Shown: positions 35,009 through 49,200 of the stretch, piece by piece | Numbering within the stretch: position 1 is the first letter of the stretch | How the letters are laid out: each line of letters opens with the position of its first letter | NCBI RefSeq assembly: GCF_054482595.1 | Contig: NZ_CM137008.1 | Strand: one strand, 5' to 3' | DNA length: 64,000 nucleotides | The notes under the pieces: generated by a model | Databases searched by the model: none | What the model saw: only the letters and a program-made list of their open reading frames with translations | Told to the model about the DNA's origin: nothing | Position numbers and translations under genes: made by a program

Positions 35009-36831
35009 GCGCAATTTCCCTGATCAATAGCGGCGTGGCGTGGTTTGTCGCCGCCGCTGTTCTGGCATTTCTCTTTTCTTTTCAAAAGGCGCTAAGCGGC
35101 TGGATAGCCGGAATTGGCGGCGCGGTTGGTAGTCTGTATACGGCAGCCGCGGGCTTCACTGTACTGACTGGCGCGGTTGGCGTGAGCGGTGCGCTGTCGC
35201 TGGTAAGCTACGATGTGCAAATCTCTCCGCTTAACGCGATTTGGCTGATTACGCTCGGTCTGTGCGGTCTGTTTGTCAGCCTCTACAACATTGACTGGCA
35301 TCGCCACGCGCAGGTGAAGTGCAACGGCTTGCAGATCAATATGTTGATGGCTGCCGCCGTCTGCGCCGTCATCGCCAGCAACCTCGGCATGTTCGTGGTA
35401 ATGGCTGAAGTCATGGCCTTGTGTGCGGTGTTCCTTACCAGCAACAGCAAAGAGGGCAAACTGTGGTTTGCGCTGGGGCGTCTTGGCACTCTGCTGCTGG
35501 TGATTGCTTGCTGGCTGCTGTGGCAGCGTTATGGCACGCTGGATCTGCGCCTGCTGGATATGCGTATGCAACAGCTGCCGCTCGGTTCCGATATCTGGCT
35601 GCTCGGTGTGATTGGCTTTGGCCTGCTGGCCGGGATTATTCCGCTGCACGGCTGGGTGCCGCAGGCACATGCTAACGCCTCTGCGCCAGCTGCCGCGTTG
35701 TTTTCTACGGTAGTCATGAAAATTGGCCTGCTGGGCATTTTAACCCTGTCACTGCTGGGCGGTAATGCACCGCTGTGGTGGGGGATCGCGCTGCTGGTGC
35801 TCGGTATGATCACCGCGTTTGTCGGCGGTCTGTATGCGTTGATGGAACATAATATCCAGCGTCTACTGGCTTACCACACCCTGGAAAATATCGGCATTAT
35901 CCTGCTGGGGCTGGGCGCTGGCGTAACGGGTATCGCGCTCGAACAACCGGCGCTGATTGCTCTTGGCCTGGTCGGTGGTCTGTACCATCTGCTTAACCAT
36001 AGCCTGTTCAAAAGCGTACTGTTCCTCGGGGCGGGGAGCGTCTGGTTCCGTACCGGTCATCGCGATATCGAAAAACTCGGTGGTATTGGCAAGAAAATGC
36101 CGGTTATCTCCATCGCTATGTTAGTCGGGCTGATGGCAATGGCTGCACTGCCGCCGCTGAACGGTTTTGCCGGGGAATGGGTTATCTATCAATCCTTCTT
36201 CAAACTGAGCAATAGTGGCGCGTTTGTTGCCCGTCTGCTGGGGCCGCTGCTCGCTGTGGGTCTGGCAATTACCGGTGCGCTGGCGGTGATGTGTATGGCG
36301 AAAGTCTATGGCGTCACGTTCCTCGGCGCGCCGCGTACCAAAGAAGCCGAAAACGCCACCTGTGCACCGCTCCTGATGAGCGTAAGCGTAGTGGCACTGG
36401 CGATTTGCTGCGTAATTGGCGGTGTTGCTGCGCCGTGGCTACTGCCGATGCTCTCTGCTGCTGTACCTCTGCCGCTGGAGCCTGCTAACACCACCGTTTC
36501 TCAACCGATGATCACGTTGCTGCTGATTGCCTGCCCGCTGCTGCCATTCATCATTATGGCGATTTGCAAAGGCGATCGTTTGCCATCGCGTTCCCGCGGC
36601 GCGGCCTGGGTGTGCGGCTACGACCACGAAAAATCAATGGTGATTACCGCTCACGGTTTTGCCATGCCGGTGAAACAGGCGTTTGCGCCGGTGCTGAAAC
36701 TGCGCAAATGGCTGAATCCGGTGTCGCTGGTGCCGGGCTGGCAATGCGAAGGCAGTGCGTTGCTGTTCCGCCGGATGGCGCTGGTTGAACTGGCGGTACT
36801 GGTGGTGATTATTGTTTCACGAGGAGCCTGA
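35005..36831 (+). CDS. hycC: FHL membrane subunit HycC (608 aa)
   Basis: 608-aa polytopic membrane ORF, NuoL/M-like. Confidence 0.93.
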   Translation: MSAISLINSGVAWFVAAAVLAFLFSFQKALSGWIAGIGGAVGSLYTAAAGFTVLTGAVGVSGALSLVSYDVQISPLNAIWLITLGLCGLFVSLYNIDWHRHAQVKCNGLQINMLMAAAVCAVIASNLGMFVVMAEVMALCAVFLTSNSKEGKLWFALGRLGTLLLVIACWLLWQRYGTLDLRLLDMRMQQLPLGSDIWLLGVIGFGLLAGIIPLHGWVPQAHANASAPAAALFSTVVMKIGLLGILTLSLLGGNAPLWWGIALLVLGMITAFVGGLYALMEHNIQRLLAYHTLENIGIILLGLGAGVTGIALEQPALIALGLVGGLYHLLNHSLFKSVLFLGAGSVWFRTGHRDIEKLGGIGKKMPVISIAMLVGLMAMAALPPLNGFAGEWVIYQSFFKLSNSGAFVARLLGPLLAVGLAITGALAVMCMAKVYGVTFLGAPRTKEAENATCAPLLMSVSVVALAICCVIGGVAAPWLLPMLSAAVPLPLEPANTTVSQPMITLLLIACPLLPFIIMAICKGDRLPSRSRGAAWVCGYDHEKSMVITAHGFAMPVKQAFAPVLKLRKWLNPVSLVPGWQCEGSALLFRRMALVELAVLVVIIVSRGA

Positions 36832-36833
36832 GA

Positions 36834-37757
36834 ATGAGTGTTTTATATCCGTTAATTCAGGCGCTGGTGTTATTTGCCGTTGCGCCGCTGCTCTCCGGTA
36901 TTACCCGCGTGGCGCGCGCCCGCTTGCATAACCGTCGCGGGCCGGGCGTGTTGCAGGAGTATCGCGACATTATCAAACTGCTGGGTCGCCAGAGCGTTGG
37001 CCCGGATGCCTCCGGCTGGGTGTTCCGCCTGACGCCGTATGTGATGGTGGGCGTCATGCTGACTATCGCTACTGCGCTGCCGGTGGTGACCGTTGGTTCT
37101 CCGCTGCCGCAACTGGGTGATTTGATCACCTTACTGTATCTCTTTGCCATCGCGCGTTTCTTCTTTGCCATTTCCGGTCTGGATACCGGTAGCCCGTTTA
37201 CTGCTATCGGCGCGAGCCGTGAAGCGATGCTTGGCGTGCTGGTCGAACCGATGCTGCTGCTTGGTCTGTGGGTTGCCGCACAGGTTGCCGGTTCCACCAA
37301 CATCAGCAACATCACCGACACCGTTTATCACTGGCCGCTGAGCCAGAGCATCCCGCTGGTGCTGGCGCTTTGTGCCTGTGCGTTCGCCACTTTTATCGAA
37401 ATGGGCAAACTGCCGTTCGACCTGGCGGAAGCCGAGCAGGAGTTGCAGGAAGGTCCGCTCTCTGAGTATAGCGGCAGCGGCTTTGGCGTCATGAAATGGG
37501 GTATCAGCCTGAAACAGCTGGTGGTGCTGCAGATGTTCGTCGGCGTATTTATCCCGTGGGGACAGATGGAAACCTTCACCGCCGGTGGGCTGCTGCTGGC
37601 GCTGGTGATTGCCATCGTCAAACTGGTGGTCGGCGTCCTGGTTATCGCGCTGTTCGAAAACAGCATGGCCCGTCTGCGTCTTGATATTACTCCGCGCATT
37701 ACCTGGGCTGGGTTTGGCTTTGCATTTTTAGCGTTCGTCTCCTTGCTGGCGGCGTGA
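36834..37757 (+). CDS. hycD: FHL membrane subunit HycD (307 aa)
   Basis: 307-aa membrane ORF, NuoH-like. Confidence 0.93.
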   Translation: MSVLYPLIQALVLFAVAPLLSGITRVARARLHNRRGPGVLQEYRDIIKLLGRQSVGPDASGWVFRLTPYVMVGVMLTIATALPVVTVGSPLPQLGDLITLLYLFAIARFFFAISGLDTGSPFTAIGASREAMLGVLVEPMLLLGLWVAAQVAGSTNISNITDTVYHWPLSQSIPLVLALCACAFATFIEMGKLPFDLAEAEQELQEGPLSEYSGSGFGVMKWGISLKQLVVLQMFVGVFIPWGQMETFTAGGLLLALVIAIVKLVVGVLVIALFENSMARLRLDITPRITWAGFGFAFLAFVSLLAA

Positions 37758-37774
37758 TTAAAGAGAGTTTGAGC

Positions 37775-39484
37775 ATGTCTGAAGAAAAATTAGGTCAACA
37801 TTATCTCGCCGCGCTGAATGAGGCATTTCCGGGCGTCGTGCTGGACCACGCCTGGCAGACCAAAGATCAGCTGACTGTCACCGTAAAGGTGAACTACCTG
37901 CCGGAAGTGGTGGAGTTTCTTTACTACAAACAGGGTGGCTGGCTGTCGGTGCTGTTTGGTAACGACGAACGCAAACTGAATGGTCATTACGCCGTTTACT
38001 ACGTGCTGTCGATGGAGAAGGGTACTAAGTGCTGGGTAACGGTACGCGTCGAAGTTGACGCCAACAAACCGGAATATCCGTCCGTGACACCGCGCGTTCC
38101 GGCGGCGGTATGGGGCGAGCGTGAAGTGCGCGATATGTACGGTTTGATTCCGGTAGGGCTGCCGGATGAACGCCGTCTGGTGCTGCCGGATGACTGGCCG
38201 GATGAACTTTATCCGCTGCGTAAAGACAGCATGGATTATCGTCAACGTCCGGCACCGACCACCGATGCTGAAACCTACGAGTTCATCAACGAACTGGGCG
38301 ACAAGAAAAACAATGTCGTGCCGATTGGTCCGCTGCACGTCACTTCTGACGAACCGGGTCACTTCCGTCTGTTCGTCGATGGCGAAAACATTATCGACGC
38401 CGACTACCGTCTGTTCTATGTCCATCGCGGTATGGAAAAACTGGCAGAAACCCGCATGGGTTACAACGAAGTGACCTTCCTCTCTGACCGTGTGTGCGGG
38501 ATCTGCGGCTTTGCCCACAGCACCGCCTACACCACGTCGGTGGAAAACGCGATGGGTATCCAGGTACCAGAACGCGCGCAGATGATCCGCGCCATTCTGC
38601 TGGAGGTAGAACGCCTGCACTCGCATCTGCTCAACCTCGGCCTCGCCTGCCACTTTACCGGCTTCGACTCCGGCTTTATGCAGTTCTTCCGCGTGCGTGA
38701 AACCTCCATGAAAATGGCAGAGATCCTTACCGGTGCGCGTAAAACCTACGGCCTGAACCTGATCGGCGGGATTCGTCGCGATCTGCTGAAAGATGACATG
38801 ATCCAGACCCGTCAACTGGCGCAACAGATGCGTCGTGAAGTGCAGGAGCTGGTGGATGTGCTGCTGAGTACGCCGAACATGGAACAGCGCACTGTCGGCA
38901 TTGGTCGTCTGGACCCGGAAATCGCTCGCGACTTCAGTAACGTTGGCCCGATGGTCCGCGCCAGCGGTCACGCCCGCGATACCCGCGCCGATCACCCATT
39001 TGTCGGCTATGGCCTGCTGCCAATGGAAGTCCACAGCGAGCAGGGCTGCGACGTTATTTCCCGTCTGAAAGTGCGTATCAACGAAGTCTATACCGCGCTG
39101 AACATGATCGACTACGGTCTGGATAACCTGCCGGGTGGCCCACTGATGGTGGAAGGCTTTACTTACATTCCACACCGTTTCGCGCTGGGCTTTGCCGAAG
39201 CGCCGCGCGGCGATGATATCCACTGGAGCATGACCGGCGACAACCAGAAGCTGTACCGCTGGCGCTGCCGTGCCGCGACCTACGCGAACTGGCCGACCCT
39301 GCGCTACATGCTGCGTGGCAATACCGTTTCCGATGCGCCGCTGATTATCGGTAGCCTGGACCCGTGCTACTCCTGTACCGACCGCATGACCGTAGTCGAT
39401 GTACGTAAGAAGAAGAGCAAAGTGGTGCCGTACAAAGAACTCGAGCGCTACAGCATTGAGCGTAAAAACTCGCCGCTGAAATAA
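37775..39484 (+). CDS. hycE: Hydrogenase 3 large subunit HycE (569 aa from MSEEKLGQ)
   Basis: NiFe-hydrogenase large-subunit motifs (RVCGICGFAH; C-terminal DPCYSCTDR). Confidence 0.95.
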   Translation: MSEEKLGQHYLAALNEAFPGVVLDHAWQTKDQLTVTVKVNYLPEVVEFLYYKQGGWLSVLFGNDERKLNGHYAVYYVLSMEKGTKCWVTVRVEVDANKPEYPSVTPRVPAAVWGEREVRDMYGLIPVGLPDERRLVLPDDWPDELYPLRKDSMDYRQRPAPTTDAETYEFINELGDKKNNVVPIGPLHVTSDEPGHFRLFVDGENIIDADYRLFYVHRGMEKLAETRMGYNEVTFLSDRVCGICGFAHSTAYTTSVENAMGIQVPERAQMIRAILLEVERLHSHLLNLGLACHFTGFDSGFMQFFRVRETSMKMAEILTGARKTYGLNLIGGIRRDLLKDDMIQTRQLAQQMRREVQELVDVLLSTPNMEQRTVGIGRLDPEIARDFSNVGPMVRASGHARDTRADHPFVGYGLLPMEVHSEQGCDVISRLKVRINEVYTALNMIDYGLDNLPGGPLMVEGFTYIPHRFALGFAEAPRGDDIHWSMTGDNQKLYRWRCRAATYANWPTLRYMLRGNTVSDAPLIIGSLDPCYSCTDRMTVVDVRKKKSKVVPYKELERYSIERKNSPLK

Positions 39485-39493
39485 GGAATCGCC

Positions 39494-40036
39494 ATGTTTA
39501 CCTTTATCAAAAAAGTCATCAAAACCGGCACGGCGACCTCGTCTTATCCGCTGGAGCCGATTGCGGTTGATAAAAACTTCCGTGGTAAGCCAGAGCAGAA
39601 CCCGCAGCAGTGCATCGGCTGCGCGGCCTGCGTCAATGCCTGCCCGTCAAACGCCTTAACGGTTGAAACTGACCTCGCCACAGGAGAGCTTGCGTGGGAG
39701 TTTAATCTCGGGCGCTGCATCTTCTGTGGACGCTGCGAAGAAGTTTGCCCGACGGCGGCGATCAAACTGTCGCAAGAGTACGAACTGGCGGTGTGGAAGA
39801 AAGAAGACTTCCTGCAACAGTCTCGCTTCGCGCTGTGCAACTGTCGCGTCTGCAATCGTCCTTTCGCCGTTCAGAAAGAGATCGACTACGCCATTGCGCT
39901 GCTTAAGCACAACGGCGACAGCCGCGCGGAAAACCACCGCGAAAGCTTTGAGACTTGCCCGGAATGTAAGCGCCAGAAATGCCTGGTGCCGTCCGACCGT
40001 ATTGAACTGACTCGCCATATGAAAGAGGCCATCTGA
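39494..40036 (+). CDS. hycF: FHL iron-sulfur subunit HycF (180 aa)
   Basis: Two 4Fe-4S ferredoxin motifs. Confidence 0.93.
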   Translation: MFTFIKKVIKTGTATSSYPLEPIAVDKNFRGKPEQNPQQCIGCAACVNACPSNALTVETDLATGELAWEFNLGRCIFCGRCEEVCPTAAIKLSQEYELAVWKKEDFLQQSRFALCNCRVCNRPFAVQKEIDYAIALLKHNGDSRAENHRESFETCPECKRQKCLVPSDRIELTRHMKEAI

Positions 40037-40803
40037 TGAGCAATTTATTAGGCCCCCGTGACGCCAACGGCATTCCGGTCCCGATGACGGTGGATGAATC
40101 CATCGCCAGTATGAAGGCGTCGTTACTGAAAAAAATCAAACGCTCTGCCTACGTTTACCGCGTGGACTGCGGCGGCTGCAACGGCTGCGAAATCGAAATT
40201 TTCGCCACGCTTTCGCCGCTGTTTGATGCAGAACGCTTCGGCATTAAAGTCGTTCCTTCACCGCGTCATGCGGATATTTTACTGTTTACCGGCGCGGTCA
40301 CCCGTGCAATGCGATCCCCTGCGCTGCGTGCGTGGCAGTCCACGCCGGACCCGAAAATTTGTATCTCCTACGGTGCCTGCGGTAACAGCGGCGGGATCTT
40401 CCACGATCTCTACTGCGTGTGGGGCGGTACGGATAAAATCGTCCCGGTGGATGTCTACATTCCGGGGTGCCCGCCAACGCCTGCCGCCACGCTGTACGGC
40501 TTTGCAATGGCGCTCGGCCTGCTGGAGCAGAAAATTCACGCCCGTGGCCCGGGTGAGCAGGATGAACAACCGGCGGAGATCCTGCATGGCGATATGGTGC
40601 AGCCGCTGCGTGTGAAAGTGGATCGCGAAGCACGCCGCCTGGCAGGTTATCGTTACGGTCGCCAGATTGCCGATGACTTCCTGACACAGTTAGGGCAGGG
40701 CGAAGAACAGGTTGCACGCTGGCTGGAAGCGGAAAACGATCCGCGTCTGAACGAGATTGTCAGCCATCTGAATCATGTTGTTGAAGAGGCGCGTATCCGA
40801 TGA
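40036..40803 (+). CDS. hycG: Hydrogenase 3 small subunit HycG (255 aa)
   Basis: NuoB-like Cys motifs (CGGCNGC, GCPP). Confidence 0.93.
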   Translation: MSNLLGPRDANGIPVPMTVDESIASMKASLLKKIKRSAYVYRVDCGGCNGCEIEIFATLSPLFDAERFGIKVVPSPRHADILLFTGAVTRAMRSPALRAWQSTPDPKICISYGACGNSGGIFHDLYCVWGGTDKIVPVDVYIPGCPPTPAATLYGFAMALGLLEQKIHARGPGEQDEQPAEILHGDMVQPLRVKVDREARRLAGYRYGRQIADDFLTQLGQGEEQVARWLEAENDPRLNEIVSHLNHVVEEARIR

Positions 40804-41210
40804 GTGAAAAGGTGGTGTTCAGTCAACTGAGCCGTAAATTTATTGATGAGAACGATGCCACGCCCGCCGAGGCGCAGCAGGTGGTCTATTACAGCCTGGC
40901 GATTGGTCACCACCTTGGGGTTATCGATTGCCTGGAAGCGGCGCTCACCTGCCCATGGGATGACTATCTGGCATGGATTGCCACTCTGGAGGCGGGCAGC
41001 GAAGCCCGCCGCAAAATGGAAGGCGTACCGAAGTACGGTGAGATCGTCATCGACATTAACCATGTGCCGATGCTGGCCAATGCATTCGATAAAGCCCGGG
41101 CAGCGCAAACTTCGCAGCAGCAGGAATGGAGTACAATGCTGTTAAGTATGCTGCATGATATTCATCAGGAAAACGCCATCTATTTGATGGTGAGGAGACT
41201 GCGTGACTGA
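40800..41210 (+). CDS. hycH: FHL maturation protein HycH (136 aa)
   Basis: 136-aa ORF in operon. Confidence 0.9.
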   Translation: MSEKVVFSQLSRKFIDENDATPAEAQQVVYYSLAIGHHLGVIDCLEAALTCPWDDYLAWIATLEAGSEARRKMEGVPKYGEIVIDINHVPMLANAFDKARAAQTSQQQEWSTMLLSMLHDIHQENAIYLMVRRLRD

Positions 41211-41673
41211 CGTTTTACTCTGTGTTGGCAATAGCATGATGGGCGATGATGGCGCAGGTCCGCTGCTGGCGGAAAAGTGCGCCGCCGCGCCGAAAGGTAA
41301 CTGGGTGGTGATTGATGGCGGTAGTGCACCGGAAAACGACATCGTCGCCATCCGTGAACTGCGCCCTACACGACTGCTGATTGTCGATGCCACGGATATG
41401 GGGCTAAACCCCGGCGAAATCCGCATCATCGACCCGGATGATATCGCCGAGATGTTTATGATGACTACCCATAACATGCCGTTGAACTACCTTATCGATC
41501 AGTTGAAAGAAGACATTGGCGAAGTGATTTTCCTCGGCATCCAGCCGGATATCGTCGGCTTTTACTACCCGATGACCCAGCCGATTAAAGATGCGGTAGA
41601 AACCGTTTATCAACGGCTGGAAGGCTGGGAAGGGAACGGCGGCTTCGCGCAGTTAGCGGTGGAAGAAGAGTAG
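41203..41673 (+). CDS. hycI: Hydrogenase 3 maturation endopeptidase HycI (156 aa)
   Basis: 156-aa ORF, last gene of hyc operon. Confidence 0.92.
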   Translation: MTDVLLCVGNSMMGDDGAGPLLAEKCAAAPKGNWVVIDGGSAPENDIVAIRELRPTRLLIVDATDMGLNPGEIRIIDPDDIAEMFMMTTHNMPLNYLIDQLKEDIGEVIFLGIQPDIVGFYYPMTQPIKDAVETVYQRLEGWEGNGGFAQLAVEEE

Positions 41674-41744
41674 TTTTTCAATAAGGAATCAGGACAGGGA
41701 TGTTCTTGATGGGGTGAACCAGCTCTGATGCCAAATGCTAAATT

Positions 41745-41824
41745 GCCCGATGCGCTGCGCTTATCGGGCCTACATGTCGCACGAACTATGTAGGCCGGAT
41801 AAGGCGTTCACGCCGCATCCGGCA
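41745..41824. repeat. REP/BIME element (two inverted REP copies) between hycI and ascB
   Basis: GCCCGATGCGCTGCGCTTATCGGGCCTACA and TGTAGGCCGGATAAGGCGTTCACGCCGCATCCGGCA. Confidence 0.85.
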
Positions 41825-41831
41825 CGGTTGC

Positions 41832-44722
<2,891 letters not shown>

Positions 44723-44981
44723 CGGATTTTATCCTGTTATCAGTAGGGTAGATGTAGTTGTTATCAGTCGACGTGACGGAAAAATGCCGATGCTGAAACG
44801 GAATTAGGAAACCGGTTTCACAAAATCATGAATAGTTGTCACTAAATAAGCAAGAGAGTTAATTGTTCATTTTTTATATTTGTGAAACCGGTCACCTGAA
44901 TATTTTTCCCGCCGATTGCGCAAGGACAATCGGCAAACGGTGCAGTACACTGCGTTGATTGCGTGTAAAGGGATGAAAATG

Positions 44982-45992
44982 ATGACGACGATGCTGGAAG
45001 TGGCGAAGCGCGCCGGGGTTTCAAAAGCGACCGTTTCCCGCGTGCTTTCAGGTAATGGCTACGTCAGCCAGGAGACTAAAGATCGCGTGTTTCAGGCGGT
45101 AGAAGAGAGCGGTTACCGCCCAAACTTGCTGGCGCGCAATCTGTCGGCGAAGAGTACTCAGACGCTGGGGCTGGTAGTGACCAACACGCTTTACCACGGC
45201 ATTTATTTTAGTGAATTACTCTTTCATGCCGCGCGAATGGCGGAAGAGAAAGGGCGGCAGTTGCTATTGGCAGATGGTAAACACAGCGCCGAAGAAGAGC
45301 GCCAGGCGATTCAGTATCTGCTGGATTTGCGCTGCGACGCCATTATGATTTACCCGCGTTTTTTAAGCGTGGATGAGATCGATGACATCATTGACGCGCA
45401 CAGTCAGCCGATAATGGTGCTTAATCGCCGCCTGCGCAAAAACAGCAGCCATAGCGTCTGGTGCGATCATAAACAGACCAGTTTTAACGCCGTGGCAGAG
45501 TTGATAAACGCCGGGCATCAGGAGATTGCTTTCCTTACCGGCTCGATGGATTCCCCCACCAGCATTGAACGTCTTGCCGGGTATAAAGACGCGCTGTCGC
45601 AGCATGGTATTGCGCTCAATGAAAAACTTATCGCTAACGGTAAATGGACACCTGCCAGCGGGGCCGAAGGGGTAGAAATGTTGCTCGAACGTGGGGCTAA
45701 ATTTAGCGCGTTAGTTGCCAGTAACGACGATATGGCGATAGGTGCGATGAAAGCGTTACACGAGCGCGGCGTAGCGGTGCCAGAGCAGGTGTCAGTTATC
45801 GGATTCGATGATATCGCAATTGCCCCCTATATCGTTCCGGCGCTCTCCAGCGTAAAAATTCCGGTGACTGAGATGATTCAGGAAATTATTGGACGGCTGA
45901 TTTTTATGCTCGATGGCGGGGATTTCTCACCGCCGAAAACCTTCAGCGGAAAACTGATCCGCCGCGACTCACTCATTGCTCTTTCGCGATAA
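44982..45992 (+). CDS. ascG: LacI/GalR-family repressor of the asc operon (336 aa from MTTMLEV)
   Basis: N-terminal HTH MTTMLEVAKRAGVSKATVSRVL, divergent from ascFB. Confidence 0.92.
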   Translation: MTTMLEVAKRAGVSKATVSRVLSGNGYVSQETKDRVFQAVEESGYRPNLLARNLSAKSTQTLGLVVTNTLYHGIYFSELLFHAARMAEEKGRQLLLADGKHSAEEERQAIQYLLDLRCDAIMIYPRFLSVDEIDDIIDAHSQPIMVLNRRLRKNSSHSVWCDHKQTSFNAVAELINAGHQEIAFLTGSMDSPTSIERLAGYKDALSQHGIALNEKLIANGKWTPASGAEGVEMLLERGAKFSALVASNDDMAIGAMKALHERGVAVPEQVSVIGFDDIAIAPYIVPALSSVKIPVTEMIQEIIGRLIFMLDGGDFSPPKTFSGKLIRRDSLIALSR

Positions 45993-46140
45993 ACATTGTC
46001 ATCACATGTCATCGTCACTAGTGTCGATGACATCTTTTTTCCTGCATTACAGAAATTAATTTCCTTAAATAACAGTGAATTAAAAACTGGCATGATTTGT
46101 GAATGTATCGGCGCATTAACTGTCATTGCTGGAGAATTTG

Positions 46141-46668
46141 ATGAACCGTTTCATCATTGCTGACGCGAGTAAATGTATTGGTTGCCGTACCTGTGAAGTG
46201 GCGTGCGTGGTTTCTCATCAGGAAAATCAGGACTGTGCATCGCTGACCCCGGAAACATTTTTACCGCGTATCCATGTCATTAAAGGTGTGAACATTTCCA
46301 CGGCGACAGTTTGCCGTCAGTGTGAAGATGCACCGTGCGCTAACGTCTGCCCGAATGGTGCTATCAGCCGTGATAAAGGGTTTGTTCATGTGATGCAGGA
46401 ACGTTGCATTGGTTGCAAAACCTGCGTTGTGGCTTGCCCGTATGGCGCGATGGAAGTGGTGGTACGTCCGGTGATTCGCAACAGCGGCGCAGGGCTGAAT
46501 GTACGGGCTGACAAAGCCGAAGCCAATAAATGCGACCTGTGCAACCATCGTGAAGACGGCCCGGCGTGTATGGCGGCTTGCCCGACCCATGCGCTAATTT
46601 GTGTCGATCGCAATAAACTTGAACAACTGAGCGCAGAAAAACGCCGCCGTACGGCGCTGATGTTCTAA
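46141..46668 (+). CDS. hydN: Formate dehydrogenase-H-associated ferredoxin-type electron carrier HydN (175 aa from MNRFIIAD)
   Basis: Four CxxCxxCxxxCP clusters. Confidence 0.92.
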   Translation: MNRFIIADASKCIGCRTCEVACVVSHQENQDCASLTPETFLPRIHVIKGVNISTATVCRQCEDAPCANVCPNGAISRDKGFVHVMQERCIGCKTCVVACPYGAMEVVVRPVIRNSGAGLNVRADKAEANKCDLCNHREDGPACMAACPTHALICVDRNKLEQLSAEKRRRTALMF

Positions 46669-46820
46669 AAATCTTACAGAACTGTTCTGGCATCAAAGGA
46701 ATTCCCGGAAATATTCGTAGAATACGGAGCGGGCGGTATCGCCGACCTGTGACTGCCGGATGCGACGCTGTCGTGTCCGGCTGGGCGGGTTACGCAATTC
46801 ATGATGGCGGGAATAACTCA

Positions 46821-49073
46821 ATGTCAAAAAACACATCTTGCGGTGTTCAACTGCGTATTCGTGGCAAAGTGCAGGGCGTCGGTTTTCGTCCGTTTGTCTG
46901 GCAACTGGCACAGCAATTAAATCTTCACGGCGATGTCTGTAATGACGGCGATGGAGTAGAAGTCCGGCTGCTGGAAGACCCGGAAACGTTTCTTGTTCAA
47001 TTGCATCAGCACTGCCCGCCGCTGGCGCGTATTGATAGCGTCGAGCGTGAGCCGTACATCTGGTCACAACTGCCCACTGAGTTCACCATCCGCCAGAGCG
47101 CGGGAGGTGCCATGAATACGCAAATTGTCCCGGATGCCGCTACTTGCTCTGCTTGCCTTGCCGAAATGAATACCCCAGGCGAACGGCGTTATCGTTATCC
47201 ATTTATCAACTGTACCCACTGCGGCCCGCGCTTCACCATTATTCGCGCCATGCCTTACGATCGCCCGTTTACCGTGATGGCGGCGTTTCCGCTGTGTCCA
47301 GCCTGTGATAAAGAGTACCGCGACCCGCTCGATCGTCGCTTCCACGCCCAGCCGGTGGCCTGCCCGGAGTGTGGCCCGCATCTTGAATGGGTAAGTCATG
47401 GTGAACATGCGGAACAAGAGGCGGCATTACAGGCAGCTATCGCACAGCTAAAAGCGGGCAACATTGTCGCCATCAAAGGGATTGGCGGATTTCATCTTGC
47501 CTGCGATGCACGTAACAGTAACGCGGTGGCGACACTTCGGGCGCGCAAACATCGCCCGGCGAAACCGCTGGCGGTCATGTTGCCAGTGGCTGACGGTTTA
47601 CCAGACGCTGCGCGCCAGTTGCTTACCACGCCCGCCGCGCCGATTGTGCTGGTGGATAAAAAATACGTTCCTGAGCTTTGTGATGATATCGCCCCTGGCC
47701 TTAACGAAGTCGGGGTAATGTTGCCTGCGAACCCGCTCCAGCATTTGCTGTTACAGGAACTGCAATGCCCGCTGGTGATGACCTCCGGCAACCTGAGCGG
47801 TAAACCACCAGCTATCAGCAACGAACAGGCGCTGGCGGATTTGCAGGGCATTGCCGACGGATTCTTGATACATAACCGCGACATCGTGCAGCGGATGGAT
47901 GATTCGGTGGTGCGCGAAAGCGGCGAAATGCTGCGCCGTTCACGCGGGTATGTGCCGGATGCGCTGGTTTTGCCTCCGGGCTTTAAAAATGTTCCGCCTG
48001 TGCTGTGTCTTGGCGCGGATCTGAAAAACACCTTCTGCCTGGTGCGCGGTGAACAAGCGGTGTTGAGTCAGCATCTGGGCGATTTAAGTGACGATGGCAT
48101 CCAGATGCAGTGGCGCGAAGCGTTACGCCTGATGCAAAACATCTACGATTTCACTCCGCAATACGTTGTGCATGACGTGCATCCGGGCTATGTCTCCAGC
48201 CAGTGGGCGAGCGAAATGAATATGCCGACGCAAACGGTGCTGCATCATCATGCCCACGCAGCGGCGTGTCTGGCAGAGCATCAGTGGCCGCTGGATGGCG
48301 GTGATGTCATTGCTTTGACGCTCGATGGTATCGGTATGGGGGAGAACGGCGCTTTGTGGGGCGGCGAGTGTCTGCGGGTGAACTATCGCGAATGTGAGCA
48401 CCTGGGCGGCTTGCCTGCAGTGGCGCTTCCGGGTGGCGATTTGGCGGCGACGCAGCCGTGGCGAAACCTGCTGGTGCAGTGCCTGCGCTTTGTGCCGGAG
48501 TGGCAGAATTATTCTGAAACAGCAAGTGTGCAACAGCAAAACTGGAGCGTGCTGGCGCGGGCCATTGAGCGTGGAATTAACGCGCCGCTGGCGTCATCGT
48601 GTGGGCGGTTGTTCGATGCCGTGGCGGCGGCACTGGGCTGTGCGCCAGCCACGTTAAGTTATGAAGGTGAAGCGGCTTGTGCTCTGGAGGCACTCGCAGC
48701 TTCGTGCCACGGAGTGACGCATCCGGTGACAATGCCGCTGGTGGACAATCAACTGGATCTCGCCACTTTCTGGCAGCAGTGGCTGAACTGGCAGGCACCG
48801 GTTAATCAACGCGCGTGGGCGTTTCATGATGCGCTGGCGCAGGGTTTTGCCGCGTTGATGCGTGAGCAGGCCACGATGCGTGGTATCACTACGCTGGTAT
48901 TTAGCGGCGGGGTTATTCATAACCGTTTGCTGCGTGCACGTCTGGCGCATTATCTCGCTGATTTCACATTGCTCTTTCCACAGAGTTTACCGGCGGGTGA
49001 TGGCGGTTTGTCTCTGGGGCAGGGGGTTATTGCTGCGGCGCGTTGGTTAGCGGGTGAAGTCCAGAACGGATAA
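46821..49073 (+). CDS. hypF: [NiFe]-hydrogenase maturation carbamoyltransferase HypF (750 aa from MSKNTSCG)
   Basis: Acylphosphatase domain, two Zn-finger CxxC pairs, YrdC and Kae1-like domains. Confidence 0.95.
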   Translation: MSKNTSCGVQLRIRGKVQGVGFRPFVWQLAQQLNLHGDVCNDGDGVEVRLLEDPETFLVQLHQHCPPLARIDSVEREPYIWSQLPTEFTIRQSAGGAMNTQIVPDAATCSACLAEMNTPGERRYRYPFINCTHCGPRFTIIRAMPYDRPFTVMAAFPLCPACDKEYRDPLDRRFHAQPVACPECGPHLEWVSHGEHAEQEAALQAAIAQLKAGNIVAIKGIGGFHLACDARNSNAVATLRARKHRPAKPLAVMLPVADGLPDAARQLLTTPAAPIVLVDKKYVPELCDDIAPGLNEVGVMLPANPLQHLLLQELQCPLVMTSGNLSGKPPAISNEQALADLQGIADGFLIHNRDIVQRMDDSVVRESGEMLRRSRGYVPDALVLPPGFKNVPPVLCLGADLKNTFCLVRGEQAVLSQHLGDLSDDGIQMQWREALRLMQNIYDFTPQYVVHDVHPGYVSSQWASEMNMPTQTVLHHHAHAAACLAEHQWPLDGGDVIALTLDGIGMGENGALWGGECLRVNYRECEHLGGLPAVALPGGDLAATQPWRNLLVQCLRFVPEWQNYSETASVQQQNWSVLARAIERGINAPLASSCGRLFDAVAAALGCAPATLSYEGEAACALEALAASCHGVTHPVTMPLVDNQLDLATFWQQWLNWQAPVNQRAWAFHDALAQGFAALMREQATMRGITTLVFSGGVIHNRLLRARLAHYLADFTLLFPQSLPAGDGGLSLGQGVIAAARWLAGEVQNG

Positions 49074-49097
49074 AACGTGTTGCATTTGGACACCATT

Positions 49098-49180
<83 letters not shown>

Positions 49181-49200
49181 TTTTAGGCACAGTAGCCCAC

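Noticed and set aside
37790-39223. 477-aa ORF antisense to hycE
   Set aside because: Fully embedded antisense to a well-supported conserved gene; no start context, low-complexity composition. Long antisense ORFs are common in GC-biased enterobacterial genes.
46093-46112. Possible sigma54 promoter upstream of hydN (CTGGCATGATTTGTGAATG)
   Set aside because: Has the -24 GG but no GC at the -12 position with consensus spacing; too weak to call from sequence alone although hydN-hypF is expected to be FhlA/sigma54-controlled.
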